From assembly GCA_024654525.1 (NCBI GenBank), contig JANLHI010000002.1, forward strand, positions 16,496 through 80,495: a DNA stretch of 64,000 nt, given 5' to 3'. A model generated the notes under the pieces. That model did not search any database, was not told the DNA's origin, and was given only the letters and a program-made list of their open reading frames with translations. Origin of the DNA: Patescibacteria group bacterium (GTDB taxonomy: Bacteria > Patescibacteriota > Minisyncoccia > UBA6257 > 2-01-FULL-56-20). The first letter of the stretch is position 1. The number at the start of each line of letters is the position of its first letter. Positions 1 through 9,094 of the stretch are shown in pieces. The position numbers were made by a program, and so were the translations under genes.

Positions 1-456
1 GGGTGTATCGGAAATAGGGTATTCAGCCCTAATCGAGCATTTTGCGACCTCAAAGAGAGGGAAGGGCTTTTCGAGTTGATAAAGAAAGTGGATTTACTCA
101 TCATGAATCGCTATGAATATGCCGGATGTGCGGTAAGTACTCCGGCTGAAATTCACAGAATGGGGCCGGCGGTTTTAATAGTAACCGAGGACGCCCAAGG
201 AGGGTTTTACTCCATGAATGGCAGTATCCGGCGATTTGAGGCAATTCATTATCCATGCGAGCGCGCATATCCGACAGGCGCGGGAGATTGGTTCTTGGGC
301 GGTCTTCTCTCTGAATTAATCGCAAAAAACATTCGGGAAGTTTCCGAGTTAACCGAAGGAGCACTCCAAGAATGTCTTTTATTCGCCGCAAAGGTTGCGG
401 GGAAAAAAGTCACTATTCCGGGGAGCAGTCGAGGGCCTTCGCGGTCCGAGATCTAG
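1..456 (+). CDS. PfkB-family carbohydrate kinase, C-terminal part (5' truncated by window)
   Basis: Frame open from base 1; VDLLIMNRYE and PTGAGDWFLGG match the PfkB N-x-x-E and DTTGAGD motifs. Confidence 0.8.
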   Translation, partial: GCIGNRVFSPNRAFCDLKEREGLFELIKKVDLLIMNRYEYAGCAVSTPAEIHRMGPAVLIVTEDAQGGFYSMNGSIRRFEAIHYPCERAYPTGAGDWFLGGLLSELIAKNIREVSELTEGALQECLLFAAKVAGKKVTIPGSSRGPSRSEI

Positions 457-477
457 CTCGCGAGAATATCAAAACGA

Positions 478-508
478 AAAGAGGCGCGCATAATCTTCGC
501 GCCTCTTT
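478..508. terminator. Bidirectional intrinsic terminator between convergent genes
   Basis: aaagaggcgcg-loop-cgcgcctcttt inverted repeat with A/T flanks. Confidence 0.7.
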
Positions 509-513
509 GTATT

Positions 514-1149
514 TTAAATGATATCAAGAATATTTCGGAGGTTGTTGATGACCGGGATTGATTTATAAGAAGAAGAGGGAGCATAAGGGGAATCTTTTGG
601 ATTGCTAAAAATAATATAACGCAATAAAGGATGTGCGTGCATAATGCGTTCAGTTTCTATTGCGTGGTCATTAATAAAAAAACTTCCTTCAGGAGGATCT
701 AAATTTTTTAAAATATCTTCCTTAAAGTTTTGAACAATGTGAATCTCATCGAAAAAAGATTCGATGCCTGAATTGCGTATTTTAAAATACTGAAATTGTT
801 CGATTCCTTTTGTAATCAAAATAAGGTGATGCCCTTTTTTACGCAATTCAGCGAGAACTTCTTTAGAGCCACCGACAAGGTGTTTGTCCAAGGAGGATGA
901 AAGGAATGCATATACATTCTCAAGAGAATTGATATAACCACTTTCGAGTAATTCTTTACTGTGTGAAAGTATGTCGTAATTTCCCTCATGGGATTTAATA
1001 AAAGAATCGAAGGATTGCATAATGGTATTCTTATTCCCACCGCATGAATTGAGTACGGAAAATATATCCTTTTTTAATTCAGTAGTGTTAAAAAGAGTAT
1101 GATCAAGATCAAACATGACAAACGGATTTTTGGAGTGGTTGCGAGTCAT
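514..1149 (-). CDS. HAD-superfamily hydrolase
   Basis: FDLDHTL motif I, LITKG motif II, FFIND motif IV-like. Confidence 0.8.
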   Translation of the reverse strand: MTRNHSKNPFVMFDLDHTLFNTTELKKDIFSVLNSCGGNKNTIMQSFDSFIKSHEGNYDILSHSKELLESGYINSLENVYAFLSSSLDKHLVGGSKEVLAELRKKGHHLILITKGIEQFQYFKIRNSGIESFFDEIHIVQNFKEDILKNLDPPEGSFFINDHAIETERIMHAHPLLRYIIFSNPKDSPYAPSSSYKSIPVINNLRNILDII

Positions 1150-1191
1150 GAGGGTATATTTTTCCTGTCATTATAATTGATTCTCTGGGGA

Positions 1192-1219
1192 TTGACACTC
1201 TTTATTTTCTCTATATAAT
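1192..1219 (+). promoter_or_regulatory. Sigma70 promoter of the 16S rRNA gene
   Basis: TTGACA (1192-1197), 16-nt spacer, TATAAT (1214-1219), ~245 nt upstream of the 16S. Confidence 0.7.
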
Positions 1220-1530
1220 CAAGTCTTGCTATGGGTTCGGTCTGACAGCTCTCCATAGAGTAGTAATGCTATGGGGGGTGGTTCTTGAATCATGGCACAT
1301 GACTGATGCTTGAAAAATTCCTTGCTGGTTCGTGATCTGGAACATGCACGGCAATATAAGAATAAAAAAGAGTTTTTTAGTTGTTCCAATACGGTTTTGG
1401 TAGTTCCGTAAAAACTACATGTATTTCCGGTTTGGATTTTCACCTCGGTGGAATCCGAACTTTTTTTCGAGGATTTGATCCTGGTCCAGGATGAACGCTG
1501 GCGGCGTGGATAAGGCATGCAAGTCGAACG

Positions 1531-1976
1531 GTCAGATATCGGACCTCGGACGTCAGATTTCGGATGGTATACTGGAATAATGGATGTTACCGAATTGAGG
1601 ATATATGGAGATGCAATGAAGTTATTGCCGCAAGTATACACACTCGCAAAACAGCTTCCTAAAAGCGAGTTTGAACTCCGTTCTCAACTCTGTAATTCTG
1701 CAAAAGCTATTTCTGCTCAAATCGCAGAGGGATTCGCAAAAAAGGATTCGCAGGTTGAATTCAAGCGATTCTTGTTAATGGCACTCGGTTCTTCCGATGA
1801 GACAATCACGCATTTAAGACAAATTCAAATCTTAAAATTTGAAGGTGTTGATCTTAAATTGTGTGGGTCTTTAGTCGAAGAATATCAATCCGAGTCAAAA
1901 CAGATCAATTCATTAATTCAGAAGATAAAAAACAATTCGAAATCTGGTATCTGATGTCTGAAGTCCGATATCTGAC
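1531..1976 (+). mobile_element. Intervening sequence in 16S helix 6 (V1) with complementary 7-mer-repeat arms
   Basis: Left arm gtcagatatcggacctcggacgtcagat pairs with right arm atctgatgtctgaagtccgatatctgac; rRNA resumes at agtggcgaacg. Confidence 0.9.
1580..1954 (+). CDS. Four-helix-bundle protein (23S rRNA intervening-sequence protein family)
   Basis: 124 aa; LPKSEFELRSQLCNSAKAISAQIAEGF...FLLMALGSSDET matches the family pattern LP-E-L-SQ-R-SI-NIAEG...A-GS-E. Confidence 0.9.
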   Translation: MDVTELRIYGDAMKLLPQVYTLAKQLPKSEFELRSQLCNSAKAISAQIAEGFAKKDSQVEFKRFLLMALGSSDETITHLRQIQILKFEGVDLKLCGSLVEEYQSESKQINSLIQKIKNNSKSGI

Positions 1977-2059
1977 AGTGGCGAACGAGTTAGTAACACC
2001 CTAGTACGTACCCCGAAGTCGGACATAGCTCATCGAAAGGTGAGGTAATTTCCGATAGT

Positions 2060-2155
2060 CCCAGCTTTCGCTTTTCGTTTCACGAAAAGCTATAGCGGGC
2101 AAGTCGCAAAACTTGCCTGTCCGTAGCTCACGTGGAACGCAGAGCGAAGGCTGGG
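2060..2155 (+). repeat. Palindromic REP-like doublet inserted in 16S V2 region
   Basis: cccagctttcgct...agctatagcgggcaag followed by its inverted partner cttgcctgtccgtagct...agcgaaggctggg. Confidence 0.75.
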
Positions 2156-2815
2156 TAAAGTCGCAAGACGCTTTGGGATCGGCTTAGGTCCGATCAGCTA
2201 GTTGGTGGGGTAATGGCCTACCAAGGCGATGACCGGTAGGGGAGGTGAGAGCCTGGCCCCCAACGACGGAACTGAGACACGGTCCGTACTCCTACGGGAG
2301 GCAGCAGTCGAGAATATTCGACAATGGGCGAAAGCCTGATCGAGCGACGCCGCGTGCAGGATGAAGGGCTTCGGTCTGTAAACTGCGGTAGTATGGCAAC
2401 AACGCAAGTGAGTGCCATATGGAAAGAGGTGGGTAACTACGTGCCAGCACCAGCGGTAATACGTAGACCTCAAGCGTTATCCGGATTTATTGGGCGTAAA
2501 GAGCATGTAGGAGGCGCGGTGCGTCTTTGGTTAAATCCCACTGCCTAACGGTGGAAATGCCAGAGATACGGCCGTGCTAGAGGAGGTTAGAGGTGCATGG
2601 AACTCACGGTGTAGGGGTGAAATCCGTTGATATCGTGGGGAACACCAAAGGCGAAGGCAGTGCACTGGGACCTTCCTGACTCTGAGATGCGAAAGCGTGG
2701 GGAGCAAAAAGGATTAGATACCCTTGTAGTCCACGCCCTAAACGATGCCTGCTTGCTGTTTCGAGTATCGACCCTCGGAGTGGCGTAGCTAACGCGTTAA
2801 GCAGGCCGCCTGGGA

Positions 2816-2847
<32 letters not shown>

Positions 2848-2975
2848 AGACGGGGACTCGCACAAGCGGTGGAACATGAGGTTTAATTCGACGATAAGCG
2901 AGAAACCTTACCAGGGCTTGAAATGTTTGTTGAAAGTCTGTGGAAACACGGACCCTCCCTTAAAAAGACAGCAAG

Positions 2976-3007
<32 letters not shown>

Positions 3008-3080
3008 CTTTGAAGTGTTCCCTTAAGTGGGGTAACGAGCGCAACCCCTATCGTGTGTTATATGTGTCACACGAAACTGC

Positions 3081-3176
3081 CCCCGCTAAAGTTCAGATGT
3101 TGGAAATCAGATATCAGATGTCGGATGAAATTCCGAAATCTGATATCCGAAATCTGATATCCGATTTTTAGCGGGG
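3081..3176 (+). repeat. ORF-less 7-mer-repeat hairpin extending 16S helix 40
   Basis: ccccgctaaa/tttagcgggg closing stem; cagatgt tggaaat cagatat cagatgt cggatga versus ccgaaat ctgatat ccgaaat ctgatat ccgattt. Confidence 0.85.
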
Positions 3177-3687
3177 GAGGAAGGAGGGGACGACGTCAAA
3201 TCCGCATGGCCCTCTGATGCCCTGGGCCACACTCGTGTTACAATGAAGCCGACAATGCGTTGCGAACCCGTAAGGGGGAGCTAATCGTATCAAACGGTTT
3301 CTCAGTTCGGATTGAGGGCTGCAACTCGCCCTCATGAAGCTGGAATCGCTAGTAATCGCGGATCAGAACGCCGCGGTGAATACGTTCTCGAGTCCTGTAC
3401 TCACCGCCCGTCACGCCAAGGGAGCCGGGAATGGGTAAAGCCTCGCAAGGGGTTAACTCAAATTCGGTGACATGGGCGAAGTCGTAACAAGGCACGCGTA
3501 GCGGAAGCTGTGCGTGGAACAATTAAACTATACGTCGTAATTTTTAGATTTTAGGTGATAGGTGTTGGATGAAATATTCTAAAACCTAAAACCTTCAACC
3601 TAAAACTTATTTGATTGGAACAACTAAAAAGCTTTTATACTCCAGTGTCCGATATCAAATGTCGGGAAATGTGGTATACTTTTTTAC

Positions 3688-4080
3688 ATGGCTGATTTGC
3701 AAAACACTATTATGGTCATCGAGGATGACCCGTTTCTTTCCTCTATATTAAAGGCTCGATTTGAAAAAGATGGGTTTCAAGTGATTCAAGCATTTAATGG
3801 AGAGGAGGCGCTTGCAAAGCTTCGTGAGTCGACGCCTGGAATTGTTATTTTGGATCTCATTATGCCGAAGATGTCGGGATTTGAGGTGCTTCAAGCAATT
3901 TCCCTTGACCCTCAGTTGAATAAGATTCCTGTGGTAGTGGTTTCAAACCTCGGACAACCGGGCGATATGGAAAAAGCAAAAGGGTTTGGTGCGATAGATT
4001 ATTTTGTTAAAATGAGGATGTCGATTGATGAATTGATTGTAAAAATTCGAGATATTGTGACAAAAAACGGGATGAAGTAG
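3688..4080 (+). CDS. Single-domain response regulator receiver
   Basis: IEDD, LDLIMPKMSG, VVVSN, YFVK motifs. Confidence 0.92.
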   Translation: MADLQNTIMVIEDDPFLSSILKARFEKDGFQVIQAFNGEEALAKLRESTPGIVILDLIMPKMSGFEVLQAISLDPQLNKIPVVVVSNLGQPGDMEKAKGFGAIDYFVKMRMSIDELIVKIRDIVTKNGMK

Positions 4081-4153
4081 GTTAAAGGCGGAAAATAAAA
4101 CTGATAGCAAAGAGACTTGCGAGTTATTCAATAATAAGTTATACATTACTCCC

Positions 4154-4453
4154 ATGGATGCAGAAACAATAAAGAAAATAAAACCGGGCGCGCGTGTTCG
4201 CGTTTTCGAGGAAAAAGGCTATTTTGAAGGCCTTGTAATCGCGCGAAAGCATGGTTCGGAAGTGGGATCGACATTTACCGTGCGCACGATTATTGCGGGC
4301 GTAGGTGTGGAAAAGGTATATCCTATTCATTCTCCTGCAATTGCAAAGATCAATATCATTTCTTCTCCGAAGAAAGTGCATACCTCAAAAATCTATTGGG
4401 TAAGAAAAGCATCGGGAGCGAAGATTAGGCAGCGGTTGGGAGTATCTCTATAG
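4154..4453 (+). CDS. rplS: 50S ribosomal protein L19
   Basis: FEGLVIARK, TFTVR, GVGVEKVYPIHSP. Confidence 0.95.
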   Translation: MDAETIKKIKPGARVRVFEEKGYFEGLVIARKHGSEVGSTFTVRTIIAGVGVEKVYPIHSPAIAKINIISSPKKVHTSKIYWVRKASGAKIRQRLGVSL

Positions 4454-4460
4454 TGTAGTT

Positions 4461-4504
4461 CAGAAAGGTTCAACCTTGCCATATGGCAAGGTTGAACCTT
4501 TCTG
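4461..4504. repeat. Perfect 44-bp palindrome (AGGTTCAACCT-type REP-like element)
   Basis: cagaaaggttcaaccttgccat|atggcaaggttgaacctttctg. Confidence 0.85.
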
Positions 4505-4515
4505 TTTCTGTGAGT

Positions 4516-4539
4516 AAGCCGCGAGAGCGGCTTTTTTTT
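4516..4539 (+). terminator. Intrinsic terminator after rplS
   Basis: aagccgc-gaga-gcggctt followed by a T run. Confidence 0.85.
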
Positions 4540-4607
4540 GTTTGACATTTTTCACAAAAGTTTTATTATATTCCCCATTGACCTTTAATAACTTAAATTG
4601 TGAAGAT

Positions 4608-5354
4608 ATGAAAAAATTCCTCTTGGTTCAGCTTAACCCTAACGGGGTAGCTGGGCATTTCTGGATGGGAATTGTGGGTTTGGTAATTACTGTAGGGGAG
4701 TCATTCCCCGGGTTTTTTCCAGATCCCCAATCCTTGTTAGTTCTCGCGGGTGTCGTGATTTTCGCGACTCTCCTCATCCCGGCGGGCGGTACTGATCGGG
4801 AAACGGAAGCCGATGTCTTGATTATAATGACGTTCGGTACGAGTGGTGTGTTCGGCGCCACTATAGGCGCGATGCTCACGTCTCTCGAAGGAATTTCTCC
4901 AAAACTCCTCACACCATCCATGATATGGAGTATGACGCTGGTAATTCTGGTATGTAAATCGTACTGGAAATGTGGGTATCTTTCGCGGGAACTTCTCGCG
5001 AGGGTATTTTCGAGTGTCAGGGTGAATGATTCAGTCCTTCACCTTATTGCATTCCTCGAGCGTCATAAGTTTCATGTCCGTGTAAGGAACCTCCGGCGGG
5101 CTATCCTCGACTTTGACGCAGAAGCCGTAGCGAAAACTTTCGATGGGTGGGTCGAGGGTAAGGTAAGATTTGCTTCGCTTGAAGCAATTCTTCGGCAAGA
5201 GGAAGCTTGGACGGAAAACATCGAGAATCTTTTCGTTCGGGCACGTGAGGATATCCTAAAACATATCACCTCGGGTGGGGAGAGCGTATCTCTCTCATCG
5301 GACTCGAAACCCGTTTCACGAGGGCGGGTGAAAATTCACCCCGCCCAGCAGTAA
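4608..5354 (+). CDS. Hypothetical membrane protein
   Basis: Long ORF with about four hydrophobic segments in the N-terminal half; ATG at 4608. Confidence 0.6.
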   Translation: MKKFLLVQLNPNGVAGHFWMGIVGLVITVGESFPGFFPDPQSLLVLAGVVIFATLLIPAGGTDRETEADVLIIMTFGTSGVFGATIGAMLTSLEGISPKLLTPSMIWSMTLVILVCKSYWKCGYLSRELLARVFSSVRVNDSVLHLIAFLERHKFHVRVRNLRRAILDFDAEAVAKTFDGWVEGKVRFASLEAILRQEEAWTENIENLFVRAREDILKHITSGGESVSLSSDSKPVSRGRVKIHPAQQ

Positions 5355-5445
5355 AGAATTATTCATTGAAGTTCGCCCGACGCACCAAGCGCCCGGGCGA
5401 CTTCTCTTTTTAGGGGTAATGTGGCATTATTGCACGTAAATAACC

Positions 5446-6576
5446 ATGAGGGAGAAACTACATAATTTTTTCCAGAATCCCACGACGTTTTGGGCAAAAT
5501 TTGTGGAGGTGGTGATTATGGTACTTATCGTGGTTTCCGTCGCGATTGTCGGGACTGAATTTTTTTACCCCGAGATTTTCAAACAGTTTTATACTCCTTT
5601 TATAATTATTGAGCATATTGCATTGGTGGTGTTTACCATAGAGTATGTGTTGCGCGTATTCACTGCGCCGCGAATTTTGCGATTTGCGGCGCGTCCGATG
5701 AGCATTGTGGATTTTCTTGCAGTGTTTCCAAATTACCTTGAGTTTTTCCTTGCGATATTTCCGAACACCACGGCAATTCGGGCAGTCCGGATTATTCGAT
5801 TATTCCGGTTCCTCCGTATTTTGAAGTTCTTCCGGTATAAGAGCTTTTTCGGGAGGATTTTCCGCTATCAAAACACCATCCTTGAACGCATCACACCAGT
5901 CCTTATCTTTTTCATGGCGCTCAAAGGAGCAATATGGCTATTAGAGGTAAAGGGGTGGTGGATTTCCCGCGCAGAACTGGGAGAACTTTTTGCAATTATT
6001 GGTTTTGCACTGGGTATTATTTTGTCCCAGAAAATCGGGGTGAGTTACGACAAATTTATTCAGGTTGAAGAAGCCATAGTGCGCGTATATAGCAAACTTA
6101 CGTCACTCTCAACTCTTCTTGAGCGAAAAAATAAAGGAGGGGGTTCGGGAGAAGCATGTCGGACGTGGGGGAAGTCATTCCTTGACCTTCTTCAAAACGA
6201 ATCCGATGACCATGCCGCATTTTTCCAGGAAAGCCACAATTTATATGAAAAAATTGCCGAAGTAGAACCCAATCCATCGGAACTCGCGATACTTTATACA
6301 GATCTTGAAAGTGATGCATCGTTTGCGTTAAGTAAAAAGCACCGTCTCACTCCCAAGGCATATGATACATTGCTCAACCAAGCAACGGTGCTTTATCTTG
6401 CGTTGGTAGCCGTGTTCATTCCTGCAGGAACCGGCATGATATCGGTGATAGTCGCAACCTATGTGCTCTACGGAATGTACCGCCTCACCCAAGACCTCGA
6501 TTCTATCTTTGGCGGTGAATTTAATTTGATTAATATTGATGTATCTGAGCTCAAACGATTTGTAGGGAATGTGTAA
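5446..6576 (+). CDS. Voltage-sensor domain (S1-S4) fused to a bestrophin-like channel domain
   Basis: FTIEYVLR (S2), IVDFLAVFP (S3), RAVRIIRLFRFLRILK (S4); no TxGYG pore; then GFALGIILSQKIGVSYDKF, TPKAY and DLDSIFG bestrophin-like motifs. Confidence 0.75.
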   Translation: MREKLHNFFQNPTTFWAKFVEVVIMVLIVVSVAIVGTEFFYPEIFKQFYTPFIIIEHIALVVFTIEYVLRVFTAPRILRFAARPMSIVDFLAVFPNYLEFFLAIFPNTTAIRAVRIIRLFRFLRILKFFRYKSFFGRIFRYQNTILERITPVLIFFMALKGAIWLLEVKGWWISRAELGELFAIIGFALGIILSQKIGVSYDKFIQVEEAIVRVYSKLTSLSTLLERKNKGGGSGEACRTWGKSFLDLLQNESDDHAAFFQESHNLYEKIAEVEPNPSELAILYTDLESDASFALSKKHRLTPKAYDTLLNQATVLYLALVAVFIPAGTGMISVIVATYVLYGMYRLTQDLDSIFGGEFNLINIDVSELKRFVGNV

Positions 6577-6596
6577 TAGCGTTGTGTAATATTCTT

Positions 6597-7622
6597 ATGC
6601 CAAAAAAAGAGAAAAAGAAGAATATCCTCATCCTCTTTTGCGGTGGGACGCTTGTAATGGAGGAGAATGAAAAAGGAGCACTTGAGACACCGTTAAAAGA
6701 GAAGGCAATCCGCACGCTTCTCTCGATGGAACCGAAACTCAAGAAAACCGCGAATCTCTTTGTGCATTATGTGGACAATATTGATAGTACGAACATGGAG
6801 CCGCGACATTGGGATACCATGACAAGGGTGATTGCGAAGGAGTATCGCAAGTATGATGGGTTCGTAATCACGCATGGCACGGACACTATGGGATATACCG
6901 CAAGCGCACTTTCGTATTCTTTGCAGAATCTTGGGAAGCCGGTGGTGCTTACTGGCGCGCAGATTCCCGGCGCGAAAGTGGAAACCGATGCGCGCAGGAA
7001 TTTTATCAATGCGGTTTCGGTTGCGTGCATGAATATTGCGGGAGTAATGGTGGTTTTTGACGAAGAGATAATTCTTGGTGCGCGGGCATCAAAAGTATCG
7101 GAATCAAAGTTGAATGCATTTGAAACGATAAACTGGGATTTATTGGGAGAAATTCGGATAGATATTCGTTTAAGTAATGAGGCAAAAAAGCGACATTCCG
7201 GAGTGCTTGCACCAATGCCCGGATTTGAGGAAAATATCACTGTGGTAATGTTGGTGCCGGGAACTCCCGTAGAAATGCTTATGCGCCTTCTTGAAGACGG
7301 CGTGAAGGGGATGGTACTTCGCGGATACGGTCCGGGGAATATCGCCTATACATATCTCCCTGTAATCAAGCGAGCACGACAACTCAATGTGCCGATTGTG
7401 GTGGATAGCCAATGTCTTGAAGGATCAACCTCAATGCACCTTTACGACGTGGGAAAACAGGCACTCGACAAGGGAGTTATTCAGGCATACGACATGAGCA
7501 TTGAGAGCGTAGCAACCAAACTCATGTGGGCGCTCAAGCACGCAAAGAACTACGCCGAGGTGAAAAAAATTATGCATACGAACTACACCGGAGAAATCAA
7601 TAAAGAAGGAAAAATCTATTAG
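6597..7622 (+). CDS. ansA: Type I L-asparaginase
   Basis: GGTL, IDSTNM, HGTDTM, PVVLTGAQ motifs. Confidence 0.92.
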   Translation: MPKKEKKKNILILFCGGTLVMEENEKGALETPLKEKAIRTLLSMEPKLKKTANLFVHYVDNIDSTNMEPRHWDTMTRVIAKEYRKYDGFVITHGTDTMGYTASALSYSLQNLGKPVVLTGAQIPGAKVETDARRNFINAVSVACMNIAGVMVVFDEEIILGARASKVSESKLNAFETINWDLLGEIRIDIRLSNEAKKRHSGVLAPMPGFEENITVVMLVPGTPVEMLMRLLEDGVKGMVLRGYGPGNIAYTYLPVIKRARQLNVPIVVDSQCLEGSTSMHLYDVGKQALDKGVIQAYDMSIESVATKLMWALKHAKNYAEVKKIMHTNYTGEINKEGKIY

Positions 7623-7766
7623 AGAGATATCGCATTTTTAAAACCACCGTTGTATGCGCGGTGTTTTTTGTATTTCCAAAGTCCGATGCGGAAATTTTAT
7701 TTAATTTCGCTTATAATCCAATTGGATTATAAGCGAATTCATATCTACACGAGTTTCTCAAAATGC

Positions 7767-9023
7767 TTACTCGTACCGCAACGCCTCAATCGGACTCTTG
7801 CGGGATGCCTGACTTGCCGGGTATCCACCGAAAACGAGTCCTATAAGTGCAGATACTCCCAATCCAAGGAAAGCGCCGTTCCACGGGAATACAAACTGCC
7901 AATTTACGCCAAGCCCATTAGAAAGACCTATCGCGATGCCAAATGAGAGGAAGGCGCCAAGGATTATACCTATAACGCCGCCAATGGCGGTAAGGAGTAC
8001 CGCTTCAAGAAGGAATTGGGAAAGAATATCTCGGTTTGTGGCGCCGAGTGCTTTCCGAAGTCCTATTTCTCTGGTGCGTTCGGTAACGGACACAAGCATA
8101 ATATTCATAATACCCACACCACCCACAAAAAGTGCGATGGATGCCATAGCCACGAGAAAAAGTGTCAATGCATTGGTGATGGTGGCAATGCGCGCGGAGA
8201 GGTCGACTTGTGTCTGCACGAAAAAGTCGTCTTTTGTCGGGTCATCAATATTATGGTTGTTTCTAAGTGTTGTGGTGATATCGTTGACTGTCTGACTGAC
8301 GGTATTGTCGCTGTCCGCAGTAACAATAATGCGGTCGAAATATGTCCTCCCTAATACATAGCTCTCTGCGGTGGTGTAGGGAATGAGAACCATGTCGTCA
8401 AAATTAAAGAATGATACCTGTCCCTTTGAAGCCAAAATACCGACAATACGAAAACTTTTATTGTTGATTTTAATTTTTTCCCCAAGTGGATTGATTCCGG
8501 GATCAAAAAGTTTATTTTTCACTTTATCTCCAATAACCACGACACTTGCTCTGGATTGGACATCATTGGTTGAAAAGAAATCCCCGATGCTCGGGTAGAT
8601 GTCAAAGATGTTACCTATTATATTGTTTTCATCACTGCTTCCTCCGCCCAAAACGGTGCTTTGATATGTTTGGTTTCCATATGCCAGTCTCACGGGCCCA
8701 AACATAACCGGCATGACATCCGAAGCGTGAGGGAGATTGCTTTTATTTTTCAGGCTTTGAAGGTCGCGCTCTTTGAGTGAGTTAAGAAATACGTTTGCAA
8801 AATCGCTCGGTCCGGTTGGTTGTCTCCCGGGAATGATTGCGATAGTTTTTGAACCGAGTCCTTGAACTTGTCCCAAGATGAATTTTTGTGCTCCCGCGCC
8901 AACCGAGATGACGAGCATAATTGCGGTAATTCCAATAACGATTCCCAGTATGGTCAGCATCGAACGCGAACGGTTTGTAGAGAGTCCCGTAAAAGAAGTT
9001 TTAAGTGTATGTTTCCAGACCAT
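7767..9023 (-). CDS. MacB/FtsX-like ABC transporter permease
   Basis: RSMLTILGIVIG, GIMNIMLVSVTERTREIGLRKALGA, PIEALRYE. Confidence 0.95.
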   Translation of the reverse strand: MVWKHTLKTSFTGLSTNRSRSMLTILGIVIGITAIMLVISVGAGAQKFILGQVQGLGSKTIAIIPGRQPTGPSDFANVFLNSLKERDLQSLKNKSNLPHASDVMPVMFGPVRLAYGNQTYQSTVLGGGSSDENNIIGNIFDIYPSIGDFFSTNDVQSRASVVVIGDKVKNKLFDPGINPLGEKIKINNKSFRIVGILASKGQVSFFNFDDMVLIPYTTAESYVLGRTYFDRIIVTADSDNTVSQTVNDITTTLRNNHNIDDPTKDDFFVQTQVDLSARIATITNALTLFLVAMASIALFVGGVGIMNIMLVSVTERTREIGLRKALGATNRDILSQFLLEAVLLTAIGGVIGIILGAFLSFGIAIGLSNGLGVNWQFVFPWNGAFLGLGVSALIGLVFGGYPASQASRKSPIEALRYE

Positions 9024-9094
9024 AGAAAGTTCAGAATTTAAAAATCAAAATTCAAAATAAATGTGTTTGCGAAGCAAGCTCTGTAATGTTGCAT

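Noticed and set aside
1531..1976. Group I intron or homing endonuclease
   Set aside because: No room for a catalytic core outside the ORF and no LAGLIDADG, GIY-YIG or HNH motif; only a terminal stem is visible
5446..6576. Ordinary voltage-gated potassium channel
   Set aside because: No pore helix or TxGYG selectivity filter after S4
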